The notes: generated by a model from the letters alone, not told the origin. A stretch of 47,762 nucleotides of DNA from an uncultured Mordavella sp. (GCA_964652805.1 CAZZBJ010000001.1:1-47762); one strand, 5' to 3'; positions 27,129 to 37,322 are shown, counted from the first letter of the stretch. A program made the numbers and translations.

Positions 27129-27959
27129 ATGAAAACAATCCACGTGCTTTTGGTATCCGGTCTTGTCACAATCGAACACCAGAGCAGAAAAATGAACGAA
27201 AGACTCCGGGAGCTTCTCGAAGCAACCGGCCGCTTTCAGGTAGTGATCACCGAAGAGTTCCGAAACATAACTCCGGAATATCTCGAACCCTATGATCTCT
27301 TACTCATTAATTATGACGGGAAGCTTCTGCCGACACAGCCTGCCAGACGCTTTGGCGAGCAGACAGAAAACGCTGTCTTCGACTTTGCCGCACAAGGCAA
27401 AGGCATCGTCTTCTATCATTCCAGTATCTGGGTCGACGCTCACTGGCCGGACGAGTGGCGTAAACTGCTTGGCGGATACTGTGCTATGGAGCAGGGCTGC
27501 CGCCGCTGTCCCAAAGATGATTACTATGTAGAAACTACTGACCCCAATCATCCGATCACAAAAGACATTGATGCAAAATGGATGAATGTTTTTGATGATC
27601 TTTTCACTCAGCTGATCATACATCCGGAAGCCAGAATGCATGTGCTGGCATCTGTGTATGACAATGTTGATTTTTACAGGGTTCCCGGCTTCCCTCCCGC
27701 ACATCATCCGGTGGAAATTCCTGATGGAGATCTCACAAAGATGCCCGGTGTAAATCAATACACGCCTGTAATCTGGACAAATGAATACGGAAAGGGACGT
27801 GTATTTGTCACATCCATCGGACACTGGGAAGCATTAGATCGTTTCAACTTTATCACCATGCTTGTCCGAGGATGCGAATGGGCCGCAACCGGGGAGGTAA
27901 CTCTTGAAAAACCGGACCGCAGCGGAGATAACCGTTTAAAGCTTTTCCCATATTATTAA
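27129..27959 (+). CDS. ThuA domain-containing protein
   Basis: 276 aa; GRFQVVITE, YDLLLINY, GKGIVFYH, HPITK, PVIWTNEYGKGRVFVTSIGH. Confidence 0.88.
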   Translation: MKTIHVLLVSGLVTIEHQSRKMNERLRELLEATGRFQVVITEEFRNITPEYLEPYDLLLINYDGKLLPTQPARRFGEQTENAVFDFAAQGKGIVFYHSSIWVDAHWPDEWRKLLGGYCAMEQGCRRCPKDDYYVETTDPNHPITKDIDAKWMNVFDDLFTQLIIHPEARMHVLASVYDNVDFYRVPGFPPAHHPVEIPDGDLTKMPGVNQYTPVIWTNEYGKGRVFVTSIGHWEALDRFNFITMLVRGCEWAATGEVTLEKPDRSGDNRLKLFPYY

Positions 27960-27984
27960 AATGACAGCAACTCTGACGAGACCT

Positions 27985-28014
27985 GCAGGGAGCTGCCGTC
28001 TGGCAGCTCCCTGC
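27985..28014. repeat. Perfect 13-bp hairpin between thuA and the PRD regulator gene
   Basis: gcagggagctgcc-gtct-ggcagctccctgc, with no U-tract. Confidence 0.6.
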
Positions 28015-28052
28015 GGATACATGGCAACAAATGAAAAAAGGAGGCAGATCTT

Positions 28053-29978
28053 ATGGATACATTGAATTTGAGCCTGCGGCAACGCAAACTGATTCATATT
28101 CTGCAGAATCAAAGCGATTATATTACCGGAAATGAACTTGCCGGACAATTGTCTGTATCTCCTCGTACAATTCGATACGATATCGAAACCATCAATCAAG
28201 CGCTTGCCCCTCACCATGCCAAAATCCTTTCAGAACGCAGCAAGGGATATCTTTTTCACGCAAAAGTCCCTGAAGCAATCCAGAAAATGAATCAAATTGA
28301 GGCTGCACTTTTTTCCAGAGAAGACCGTATACATTTCCTGGCTTTTCGCCTGTGTCTCTCCGATGAGCCTCTGAATCTGTACGATCTGGAAGAGGAGATT
28401 TATGTCAGCCGCACAGCACTGGAGAGTGATCTGCGCCATTTAAAGCGGAGCTACGGTCTGGATTCTCCTTATATTAAACTTCACCGTTCTGGTGACAACA
28501 TTTGGTTTCATCCTGACGAAGCTAAAATACGTCTGCTTCTCAATCATCTGTTTCTGGAAGACTGGAATTATAACAGAAGTGAAAATGCCTACTATGATCA
28601 TTCATTTCTGAATCGAAACATCATGGAGTATGTAACAGGTATGGTATCCCATGTTCTATATCAATTCGGAATATCCATGGAGGATTCCTCCCTGGTATCA
28701 TTGAATCTGGCTATCACGATTATGTACTACCGTGTCACATCCGGACATTACCTGCCGGAGGATTTATCCATTTCATGGGAGGATTCACAATCCGCCAATG
28801 CTGCCCGGTGTATTTTCGACACTCTGGAAAACAAGTGGAACTGCACCTTCCGTCCTGAAGAACAAAATCACATATACCAACGAATCATGTCCGGACGTAT
28901 ATCTGACGTCACAGCTTTGAGTTTCGAGACCGCTCCTGTCTGTTTTGATCCGTCGATTCTGGCATTTGCAGATGAATATTTAACAAAAATAACAACAACC
29001 TTTGGGATTGATTTTTCATCCAATGAAGACTTTTACATCACACTTTTAATGTTTTTGAAACATCTGTCCATGCCTGCTGCGGTGTTTCAGCTGCAGGGAA
29101 ATCAAACGATCTTAAAAAAAACATTGCTCATTGAATATGAGATTTCCTACTTGATTGAAGAATTGTCGCTGAAATATCTTGGGCATTATCTCAGCCAGAC
29201 AGAACTTCTGTACCTGGCACACTGCATATACGGTGCATTGGAGGACCTTCAGGAAATCCATCCCAACACCAAACTGAAAACTGTTATCTGCTGTCATCTT
29301 AGCATGCCGGCCGCATGGGCACTTAAAAAGCGGATCATGGGGGTCTTTGACAAATATTTAAATCTTGTCAGTCTGCTCCCGGTTAATGCCAAAGACACAT
29401 TTGATTTCAATCATATCGATCTTGTGATTTCTACGGCCCAGAAAATCATTACAAAAAACACAGGAACCGAAATCATATATTTTGATTCGGTTTTGTCTTA
29501 TCAGGATTTTCCAAAGCTCTCTGCATTCATTCGGAAGAAGCAATTAGAAAGAATTGCTTTTTACCCATATCTTTCTATCAGGAAATTACTGGAACATGCT
29601 TTCTGGCATGAAAAGGCAGGGAACTGTGACCGATTTGAAATTATAGAATTACTTGCCAATGATTTTATAAATAACGGGTTCACCTCCGAAGATTACCTGG
29701 AAGATGTTCTGAGACGGGAATCCATCTCCACCAATGCCCTGAACCACGGAATTCTGTTTCTGCATTCTCTGGTCCCGTCGCAGAAGACCGCACTTTCTGC
29801 AGCCATCTTCCAGACTCCTGTCGTCTGGTGTTCCCGGAAGATTCGTATTGTTGTCATGGCCGCATTTCGGCCGGAACAAACTTCTTATGCATTCTATCTT
29901 CTCAATCGGTTTGCCGATGACCGCATTGACCTGGACCGGACAAAAACAAAACAGTCCTTTATAGAATACTTCTCATAA
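28053..29978 (+). CDS. BglG/MtlR-type PRD-domain transcriptional activator (paralog 1)
   Basis: 641 aa; HTH ITGNELAGQLSVSPRTIRYDI, second HTH (IYVSRTALESDL), PRD-like region, EIIB-like KTVICCH...IDLVIST, EIIA-like VLRRESIST...LH. Confidence 0.88.
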   Translation: MDTLNLSLRQRKLIHILQNQSDYITGNELAGQLSVSPRTIRYDIETINQALAPHHAKILSERSKGYLFHAKVPEAIQKMNQIEAALFSREDRIHFLAFRLCLSDEPLNLYDLEEEIYVSRTALESDLRHLKRSYGLDSPYIKLHRSGDNIWFHPDEAKIRLLLNHLFLEDWNYNRSENAYYDHSFLNRNIMEYVTGMVSHVLYQFGISMEDSSLVSLNLAITIMYYRVTSGHYLPEDLSISWEDSQSANAARCIFDTLENKWNCTFRPEEQNHIYQRIMSGRISDVTALSFETAPVCFDPSILAFADEYLTKITTTFGIDFSSNEDFYITLLMFLKHLSMPAAVFQLQGNQTILKKTLLIEYEISYLIEELSLKYLGHYLSQTELLYLAHCIYGALEDLQEIHPNTKLKTVICCHLSMPAAWALKKRIMGVFDKYLNLVSLLPVNAKDTFDFNHIDLVISTAQKIITKNTGTEIIYFDSVLSYQDFPKLSAFIRKKQLERIAFYPYLSIRKLLEHAFWHEKAGNCDRFEIIELLANDFINNGFTSEDYLEDVLRRESISTNALNHGILFLHSLVPSQKTALSAAIFQTPVVWCSRKIRIVVMAAFRPEQTSYAFYLLNRFADDRIDLDRTKTKQSFIEYFS

Positions 29979-29980
29979 GC

Positions 29981-30011
29981 GCAAAGGCAGGATTGACCAT
30001 CCTGCCTTTGC
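29981..30011. terminator. Hairpin between convergent regulator and GPH transporter genes
   Basis: 13-bp stem gcaaaggcaggat/atcctgcctttgc. Confidence 0.65.
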
Positions 30012-30036
30012 CGCTTCATTCAATATGCATCAATAT

Positions 30037-31419
30037 TTAGTGGTTCGCTGCTCTTCTCTGCTCCAACGCTTCGTTTATCTCCTCCATCTTCTCATTGGAA
30101 AGCTTGTAGAAAAACAGCGGAATCATGCCGACAGCGACACAAATTGCAGGCACAATATTAACAACCATATTAATTCCCTGCCTGGCTGCCTCTGTCTGCT
30201 CTGCATTTGGCACATATCCTGATGCGCTGAGCAGCATTGCTCCCGCTACACCGCAGATTGCTGTCGCCAGCTTAACACTCAAAGTAAGGAACGAGCTGCA
30301 CAGTCCCTCTTCTCGGACACCATTCTTATAATCACCATACTCGATACTGTCAGAAATCATTCCGTAAACAACACCCTGAGATGAATTCGCAATACCAATC
30401 ACAAATGAAATCGCCAGAAGGAATGCAGCATTATTTGCCGGGAATGCGTACATAACCACAAATCCAATAACCATTAAAACATTCAGTGCCAGAATATAGT
30501 TTCTCTTTCCAAACTTCGCCGCGCCAGCCGGGACAAAGAACCCTCCAATCAATGCTCCGATGGACATGCTTGAATAAACCGGCGAGATCATTGTATAAGA
30601 ACCAACCACGTAGATCACATAGTACGACAGCATAGTCATACGTCCCATAATACCAATCGTTCCACCAAGTGTATTAAGAATCACCAGCACAATCTGATCA
30701 TTCTTTAAGAGCATCCTGATACTTTCAACGACACTTCTCTTTTCCTGCTCTTTATTCACATGCAGCTCACCCACATATTTCTCCGGGCAAATGTGCGCCG
30801 TAATCAAATAAATCGGAACCATAGCCAGAGAAAACAGTACTGTTGTCCAGAAATATCCCTTCGCAGTAGCCACATCGCTGTTACCGAAAAACAGGATCAA
30901 CGGCATAGCAACTGCACCCAGAATAATCGATCCGACAGAGTTAAAAATATTTCTCGCCGCAGATAAAAGCTGTCTTTCCTGTGTATCCTTTGCAACTACA
31001 TTCACAAGGCTCGCATACGCTGTCTGTACAACGGTATATGCCATACCCGCTCCAATATAAAAGGCCAGGCATAATAACACCTTCGTCATTCCCTGAACAG
31101 GAAGTACTGTAAATGTTAAAATATTAAAAATTGCAAGCACTGCCGGCGCAAATAAAATATATGGTCTGAATTTGCCCCATTTTGTATTTGTTCTGTCACA
31201 AATCATACCCATCATCGGATCATTGATCGCATCCCACACGCGGGCAATCAGCATAATCAGTGAAATTGCTCCCGCCGTCAGACCCACAACATCTGTATAG
31301 AAGATCATCAGATATGTATTGATCATGTACCAGCTCATCTGACCGCCCAACTCACCAATACCATAACCCAGTGTCAGCTTTAATGGTGTTTTCTCTTTCG
31401 TTTGATTTGTACTGCTCAT
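30037..31419 (-). CDS. Glycoside-pentoside-hexuronide (GPH/MelB) family symporter
   Basis: 460 aa; YLMIFYTDVVGL, ARVWDAINDPMMG..CDRTNTKWGKFRPY, DSIEYG.YKNGVREEG. Confidence 0.93.
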   Translation of the reverse strand: MSSTNQTKEKTPLKLTLGYGIGELGGQMSWYMINTYLMIFYTDVVGLTAGAISLIMLIARVWDAINDPMMGMICDRTNTKWGKFRPYILFAPAVLAIFNILTFTVLPVQGMTKVLLCLAFYIGAGMAYTVVQTAYASLVNVVAKDTQERQLLSAARNIFNSVGSIILGAVAMPLILFFGNSDVATAKGYFWTTVLFSLAMVPIYLITAHICPEKYVGELHVNKEQEKRSVVESIRMLLKNDQIVLVILNTLGGTIGIMGRMTMLSYYVIYVVGSYTMISPVYSSMSIGALIGGFFVPAGAAKFGKRNYILALNVLMVIGFVVMYAFPANNAAFLLAISFVIGIANSSQGVVYGMISDSIEYGDYKNGVREEGLCSSFLTLSVKLATAICGVAGAMLLSASGYVPNAEQTEAARQGINMVVNIVPAICVAVGMIPLFFYKLSNEKMEEINEALEQRRAANH

Positions 31420-31452
31420 AATTCTTCTCCTTTATTCACATTTTTTCGTTAT

Positions 31453-34224
31453 TTATGCTTCCTGTAGGTATGCCGCAATTGCTTCGCCTGCCATACGCCC
31501 TGAGTTCACTGCAAATCCCATACTATTTCCCGGAAGAGTAAAGTTATAGCTGTCTCCGTAGATAGTATTCGCATCCGTTCCCGCACTGTATAAGCCTTCG
31601 ATGGGCAGTAAGTTTTCATCCAGCACTTCGCAGTACTTATTGATCCTGACTCCTCCCAAAGTTCCATATGCGCCAAGATAGAACTTGCCGACCAGGTATT
31701 TTCCTCTTCCTGTAATCGGATGGAGATAGCACTGCTGCTTGTGGAATTTCGTGTCTGCACCTGTCTCGCACATCTCGTTGTATTCGTCGATGGTATCCTG
31801 AAGTACATCCGCGTCAATACCGAGCTTCTCTGCCAATTCAGGGATTGTCTCTGCTTCAAAATATCCGCCGTATCCCTGTTCTACCGCTTTGGCGGCCTGC
31901 TCGTCAAATTCATATACCGCAGTCGGGGAATGTACCAGACTGACCATGTCAGGCCCGTTCTTCTTATATTCCTTCAGGATTCCTTCGTCCATAATACAAT
32001 ATCCATAGTTCCCCGGCTGCATGTGAAGCGCATTACCGGTATAGGTGGTATTCCCCATCTCTCCCTCGCTCATAAAACGCTCACCAAACTGGTTGATCAA
32101 AAGGTTGGGCTGTCTCAGCACGCCATCCAGCACTGCCCAGTTTGCATTATCCGGAAGCTGATAGATTGCCTCGATATTTGTTCCAAATTTCTTCGCTCCT
32201 ACCTTCCACATCATCTTCAATCCATCGCCGTTCAGACCCGGAAGTTGGAATGGGAAATAGTCTTCTCCCAAGCTGAGCCCAAACTCTTCCTTAATCATTT
32301 CTTTGTTATTGCCGAACCCACCGGTAGCAACTACAACCGCCTTTGCTCTTGCCTCAATAAGATTCCCGTCCTTATCCTTCGCAATTACACCGCACACTTT
32401 GTCATTCTCGAAGATCAGTTCCGTTGCAGCTGTCTCCAGATAGATCTCCGTTCCGTATTCTCGCGCCTTCTCTGTCAGGATTCTCGCCATCTTGCCGGCT
32501 GCTCTTGGTCCAATGACACCATTGTCCGACTTCACGATGTGCCAGGTTGCCTCCGACTCTTTAAAGTAACGGAATGCCCCGGCAAATTCTACTCCAAGGC
32601 TCTCCAGCCATTCAATCGTATCGGCACTCTTGTGGAAATACGTCTGCACCAGATCCTCATCAACCTGATAATGCGTATAGCGCATGTGCATCTTCAACGC
32701 ATCCTCTACGCTTAAATTGTTGAAGTTCTGCTTCTGGATCTTCGTATCAATTCCCAGCGGTCCCATACCCATATTGGCTGCTCCGCCGGTGGTGTTTCCC
32801 TTCTCAAACAGGATACTCTTAAGTCCATGTTCCCCTAAGGTAACGGCTGCTGACAATCCGGCAGGGCCGCCTGCAACCACAACGACATCTGTCTCTACTG
32901 TTTTCACTATTTTTCCCCTTTCCGTTTGTGCTGTATTCACAGCCTTCACTGTTTTTTCTGTATCCTCTGTCGGTTTAAACGGCATAATCTTCGTCCTGTG
33001 CCTGCTTCCGGCTCTTGAAGATTTCTTACGTTCTTTTTTATCCTCTCTTTCTGTCTCCACGCCTTTCAGCCGCACTGCCTTTTGTACGATTCTCTGCCTA
33101 TTTCCATTCACCTTACGGATTGCGCCGTTCGGACATGCGGTGAGACATGTTCCGCATTTCCTACAGTCAAATTCGTCAATTACCGATGTATATCCTTTTT
33201 TCGACTCAATACAGCCTGCTTCACATACGTTCCCGCAGTCATGACAGCCCTGGCATTTCGTATGGTCAATATAGAAAATGGTAAAGGCCTTGCATTGCTC
33301 AGCCCTGCAGAAATGATTCTTCTGGTGTTCTTCCACTTCCTCCATAAAGCTATGCAGAAGACTGAGTGCCGGAATTGCCGCGGATTTTCCAAGTGAACAG
33401 TTAGTGAAAACAGACATGGCGTCTCCAAGCTCACGAATCATATCCAGATCTTCCGGCGACGCTTTTCCTGTCGTGATATCCCGGAATATCGATTCTAACT
33501 GAAACAGACCTTCTCTGCAGAATGTACATTTCCCGCAGCTGCGTTCCCGGAAGCAATGCAGTTCTTCCAATGCGCATTGAATCAGGCACTGGCTGTCTGT
33601 AATGGTCTCAACCACTCCGCTTCCATATAGGAAGTCTTCTGAAATCTCCGGTATTTCCGGACGATAATAGCGATGACTGCTCTTATAGGCTTTCGCCGGA
33701 CCCTTTGCCACTTCAGAAAACGCTGTTCCAAACGGCACCTCCTGCGGCTCTCCATGGTCGATGCTAAGAATAATCCCCGGCTTCTCACCGATTAATGCAT
33801 CTGCATATGCCGCCATGTTTTCCAAATGAAGCATAAGACTGTCTGCATACTTTCTAACATCTACAATGTCTGCCACTTCCACTTCCAGCTCTACCTGATT
33901 GTCTTTCGCTAGTGTCTGCAGCAGAACGAGGTATTTTTCATCCCGGACAACACAAACTGCCTTTGCAATACGGAGCGCCTTCAACACTGCCTTGATACCG
34001 GCAATGATTCCTTCCGGATTTTTCTCCAGAAGTACATTCAGCATAGCATCCGAATCATCATTATTCAGTGCTGTTACAATACTTTGACAGACACGGTCTT
34101 TCATGAGTGCGGATAGTGAACATGTTGTATTCCCGTAGCTTCTGACATCTTTAATTCTCTCATAAATCTGTTCCGGACGCAGACTTTCCGCAACCTCCAG
34201 CGCCTTTGTATTCTTATTTAACAT
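31453..34224 (-). CDS. Fusion protein: degenerate NuoF/HydB-like domain, 2x[4Fe-4S] ferredoxin and flavocytochrome-c/fumarate-reductase-type FAD domain
   Basis: 923 aa; SCGKCTFCREG...CSLGKSA, CQGCHDC...C and CRKCGTC...CP, then VVVAGGPAG, VVATGGFG, GDGLKM, GTLGGVRIN, GLYSAG. Confidence 0.88.
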   Translation of the reverse strand: MLNKNTKALEVAESLRPEQIYERIKDVRSYGNTTCSLSALMKDRVCQSIVTALNNDDSDAMLNVLLEKNPEGIIAGIKAVLKALRIAKAVCVVRDEKYLVLLQTLAKDNQVELEVEVADIVDVRKYADSLMLHLENMAAYADALIGEKPGIILSIDHGEPQEVPFGTAFSEVAKGPAKAYKSSHRYYRPEIPEISEDFLYGSGVVETITDSQCLIQCALEELHCFRERSCGKCTFCREGLFQLESIFRDITTGKASPEDLDMIRELGDAMSVFTNCSLGKSAAIPALSLLHSFMEEVEEHQKNHFCRAEQCKAFTIFYIDHTKCQGCHDCGNVCEAGCIESKKGYTSVIDEFDCRKCGTCLTACPNGAIRKVNGNRQRIVQKAVRLKGVETEREDKKERKKSSRAGSRHRTKIMPFKPTEDTEKTVKAVNTAQTERGKIVKTVETDVVVVAGGPAGLSAAVTLGEHGLKSILFEKGNTTGGAANMGMGPLGIDTKIQKQNFNNLSVEDALKMHMRYTHYQVDEDLVQTYFHKSADTIEWLESLGVEFAGAFRYFKESEATWHIVKSDNGVIGPRAAGKMARILTEKAREYGTEIYLETAATELIFENDKVCGVIAKDKDGNLIEARAKAVVVATGGFGNNKEMIKEEFGLSLGEDYFPFQLPGLNGDGLKMMWKVGAKKFGTNIEAIYQLPDNANWAVLDGVLRQPNLLINQFGERFMSEGEMGNTTYTGNALHMQPGNYGYCIMDEGILKEYKKNGPDMVSLVHSPTAVYEFDEQAAKAVEQGYGGYFEAETIPELAEKLGIDADVLQDTIDEYNEMCETGADTKFHKQQCYLHPITGRGKYLVGKFYLGAYGTLGGVRINKYCEVLDENLLPIEGLYSAGTDANTIYGDSYNFTLPGNSMGFAVNSGRMAGEAIAAYLQEA

Positions 34225-36349
34225 CTGCGGTCACCTCCTTATCCTGCTCTGTATAATCACTCCAGATGCAAGGAGATGAGATGGTAAATCTCAAATCACA
34301 CTGAAGACATCTTCCGGCCTCTTTACAGAGCTTCTCATCACAGATTCCTTTGCTGATCGGGCTGAAATCCTTCTTTCGCTCAGAGGCTTTTGTAAATTCC
34401 TCCTCTGCTCTTTCCAGATAGCCGAAGTTTTCAATTTTTCCAATCCGTTTCTCCACCGTCTCCTGTGGCACAAGAATCTCCGTAATATCTCCATCTCCGC
34501 CGAGATAACGGTCTATTTCTGATGCCGCCTCTCTTCCGGACGCAATCGCCTGAATAACGGTTTTTGTTCCATATACAGCATCACCACAGGCAAAAATTCC
34601 ATCAACACTTGCCGCAAGGCTTCCTTCCTTTACAGCAATCGAATTCGCACGTCCGCGTTCCAGACCGGATTCCTCTGACAGCGCTGTCCTTTGCCCCACT
34701 GCAAAGATAACGGTATCGCATGGGATGGTATGCTCAGAATTCTCTTCTTTTACAATGATTGCGCGCCGGCTCTCATCAAAGGAAAAACTCTTTACCTTGC
34801 TGAACTGAACCCCTTCTACATGTGACTCTCCACAAATTTTATCGAAGGTTCTTCCCGGATAGACGAAGATTCCCTCTTCCTTTGCCTGCTCGATTTCTTC
34901 ATCATCCGCCGTCATTTCCTCCCGTTTCTCCAGGCAGGCCAGATGAACCTCTTCTGCGCCCAGACGAACCGCAGATCTGGCACAGTCAAAGGCAACATTT
35001 CCCCCTCCTAAGATTACGACCTTTCGCCCCATTCCCGTCTCATGTCCCATGGAGCAGTTCTTAAGAAAATCTGCATTGAGAATGGTACCTTCCAGATTGC
35101 TTCCCTGCATTGGAAGACGTACTCCCTGGTGTGTTCCGATTGCCACTAACACTGCGTCAAAATCCTTTAATAATTCCACCGGATTTTCCACGTGGCAGTT
35201 CGTCTCAACTGTTACCCCCGCATCCTCAAGATAACCTGCTTCTCTTTCAACTACCTCTCTCGGAAGGCGATAGGAAGGGATTCCGTACTGCATCTGTCCG
35301 CCCAATTTCGGATATGCTTCCTTTAGAACAGTCTCATGTCCCTGCTTTGCCAGATAGTAAGCCGCTGTCATCCCGGATGGTCCGCCGCCGACTACACACA
35401 CTCTTTTGCCCGTCGGCGGCAGGTGTTTGCTGTTCTTTTTCCACAGTGTATTATCTGTATGCTCTGCCACGTAGCGCTTTACATTTCGTATGGATACCGG
35501 CTCATTCACCTCACCGCGCCGGCATTTTGTCTCACATGCATGCGTACAGATCCGTCCCAAACATTCCGGGAACGGCAGTTTCTCATGGATAACCGCGGTT
35601 GCCTCCGCATATTTTCCATCTTTTGCAAATCTCACATAACGCGGAATATCCGTATGTACCGGGCAGGCGGCCTGGCAAGGTATGAGTGTGTCACGCTTCT
35701 CAACAGGCGTATAATTCATCAGGTCACGAATGGTTCCTGTCGGACAGACCTCTGCGCATGCCCCGCAAAATCTGCAGTCACTGTCTTTCAGAAGTTTATC
35801 CTTCACCGTTCCGATATAAACTTCCATATTTTCCTTGCTGTATTGAAGGACTCCTACACCTCTTAAATCACGGCAGGCACGCACACAGCGTCCGCACAGT
35901 ACACAGCGGCTCATATCATGAATCAGAAGAGGATTTGTCTCATTTCTTGCAAAGCCTTTTGCTCTTGTGCGCATCCTCATGGCAGACACACCCATATACT
36001 GGATCAGTGTCTGAAGCTCACATCTTCCGAATTTCGGACAAGTGGTACAATCCTCCGGGTGGGCAGCAAGAAGAAGTTCCATCGCCAGATTCCTGCTCTT
36101 GTTGATCTTCTCATTCTGTGTAACAATCTTCAGCCCTTCTCTGGCTTTCAGAGTACAGGAAGGAACAACCTCCTCTGTCCCCTCCTGCTGTACCAGGCAA
36201 AGTCTGCAGGAACCAAGCTCCGGAAGATCCGGGTGATGACACAGATGAGGAATATAGATCCCGTTTTCAAGTGCGGCATCCAGCATGCTTTTCCCCTCTT
36301 CTGTCTGTATCTGTTTTCCATCAATCCACACTGTTACCTGTTTTTCCAA
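34214..36349 (-). CDS. Fusion protein: NuoG/HydA-like N-terminal Fe-S region and GltD/NfnA-like FAD/NAD(P)H domain
   Basis: TTG start after GAGGTG; IPHLC...GSCRLC, HPEDCTTC...CELQ, RCVLCGRCVRAC, CRFCGAC...CP, PCQAACP, GRICTHACE.KC, YGIPSYRLP, LGGGNVAFDCARSA.R, RCLQC. Confidence 0.9.
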   Translation of the reverse strand: MEKQVTVWIDGKQIQTEEGKSMLDAALENGIYIPHLCHHPDLPELGSCRLCLVQQEGTEEVVPSCTLKAREGLKIVTQNEKINKSRNLAMELLLAAHPEDCTTCPKFGRCELQTLIQYMGVSAMRMRTRAKGFARNETNPLLIHDMSRCVLCGRCVRACRDLRGVGVLQYSKENMEVYIGTVKDKLLKDSDCRFCGACAEVCPTGTIRDLMNYTPVEKRDTLIPCQAACPVHTDIPRYVRFAKDGKYAEATAVIHEKLPFPECLGRICTHACETKCRRGEVNEPVSIRNVKRYVAEHTDNTLWKKNSKHLPPTGKRVCVVGGGPSGMTAAYYLAKQGHETVLKEAYPKLGGQMQYGIPSYRLPREVVEREAGYLEDAGVTVETNCHVENPVELLKDFDAVLVAIGTHQGVRLPMQGSNLEGTILNADFLKNCSMGHETGMGRKVVILGGGNVAFDCARSAVRLGAEEVHLACLEKREEMTADDEEIEQAKEEGIFVYPGRTFDKICGESHVEGVQFSKVKSFSFDESRRAIIVKEENSEHTIPCDTVIFAVGQRTALSEESGLERGRANSIAVKEGSLAASVDGIFACGDAVYGTKTVIQAIASGREAASEIDRYLGGDGDITEILVPQETVEKRIGKIENFGYLERAEEEFTKASERKKDFSPISKGICDEKLCKEAGRCLQCDLRFTISSPCIWSDYTEQDKEVTADVK

Positions 36350-36359
36350 TCTGCACACC

Positions 36360-37322
36360 TCACTCTCCGACTCCGATGTATTTCTTCCTTTTCGCAGCCA
36401 GATTCTCAACGTTCTTCTGTGTCACAAGTCCATCTCTGATTTCATTTGAGTGCTCCCATTTACCAGCCTCATATAACCGGGATCTGGCTATCTGCTCCTT
36501 GGAAAATACTGCCCGGATCTTTCCATCTGCAATTTCCAGATTCCCCTCGATTCCGCAGATCGGACATTCCACCTTTGTTCCCTGGTTTGAAATCGTCAGA
36601 ATGTTCTCATGGCAAACGGGACAGACACCCTCTGTGTCTCCGCGGTAACGCACCCTTTCTTCTTCCGTTTCTGCCTGCAGCGCTTCGGCAATATTCTGTC
36701 CGACCTTTCTTGCCCTTTCAAGCATATCCTCTCTGCCTAATACATTTACATAGTCCATGGCTGCATGATACTGAAGCTTGTCAATTACATCCATACCCAT
36801 AGATAATGTGAACTCATACATGTTCGGCATCGCAAGTGATAACCAGTTCTCTGTCCGTGCTCCGCCCACTGTAATCAGTGCCGCAACTCTCTTCTTCAGG
36901 AATCTTTCGTCCGGGTAGGTCTCCGGTGCACGTCCTTCTCGCTTTCCGGCTTCGATTGCAGGCTTAATAAATGTAATATCGTGGGCCGGGCCAATTCGAT
37001 CGCACACCACCTTAAAATTACCGGTAGGCGCCAGAACATATGTTGGTGAGCCTGCGATGACTGCATCCGCCGACATCAATGCTTCATGAATCACCGGAAA
37101 ATCGTCATCCTTATGGATGCAGGAGCCATTTCCCTTACCCATTGCAAGACCTGCCACACAACTACAGCAGCCTGTACATATATGGATATTTAAGTCATCA
37201 CAGCGCACGAATTGAATATCCATACCATTTTTTTCACATTCCAGGAGTGCCTCCTTAATAAGGATTTCGGTGTTGCTCAGCTTTCGACCAAACGAAAAAC
37301 CGACTACTTTCTTCTTCTCCAT
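36360..37322 (-). CDS. Flavodoxin-fold/iron-sulfur flavoprotein family protein with a C-terminal double CxxC domain
   Basis: Start ATG 37322 after AAGGAG; GRKLSNT, CTGCCSC...C..KDDF, GSPTY, CPVC and CPIC. Confidence 0.85.
   Translation of the reverse strand: MEKKKVVGFSFGRKLSNTEILIKEALLECEKNGMDIQFVRCDDLNIHICTGCCSCVAGLAMGKGNGSCIHKDDDFPVIHEALMSADAVIAGSPTYVLAPTGNFKVVCDRIGPAHDITFIKPAIEAGKREGRAPETYPDERFLKKRVAALITVGGARTENWLSLAMPNMYEFTLSMGMDVIDKLQYHAAMDYVNVLGREDMLERARKVGQNIAEALQAETEEERVRYRGDTEGVCPVCHENILTISNQGTKVECPICGIEGNLEIADGKIRAVFSKEQIARSRLYEAGKWEHSNEIRDGLVTQKNVENLAAKRKKYIGVGE

Noticed and set aside
27985-28014. BglG-type RAT antiterminator
   Set aside because: No U-tract or RAT-like sequence, and the regulators begin with DNA-binding HTH domains rather than a CAT RNA-binding domain.
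31453-36349. Hydrogenase, formate dehydrogenase, complex I, glutamate synthase or fumarate reductase
   Set aside because: No H-cluster or molybdopterin domain, no membrane Nuo subunits or GltB, and the fumarate-binding His/Arg motifs are absent.
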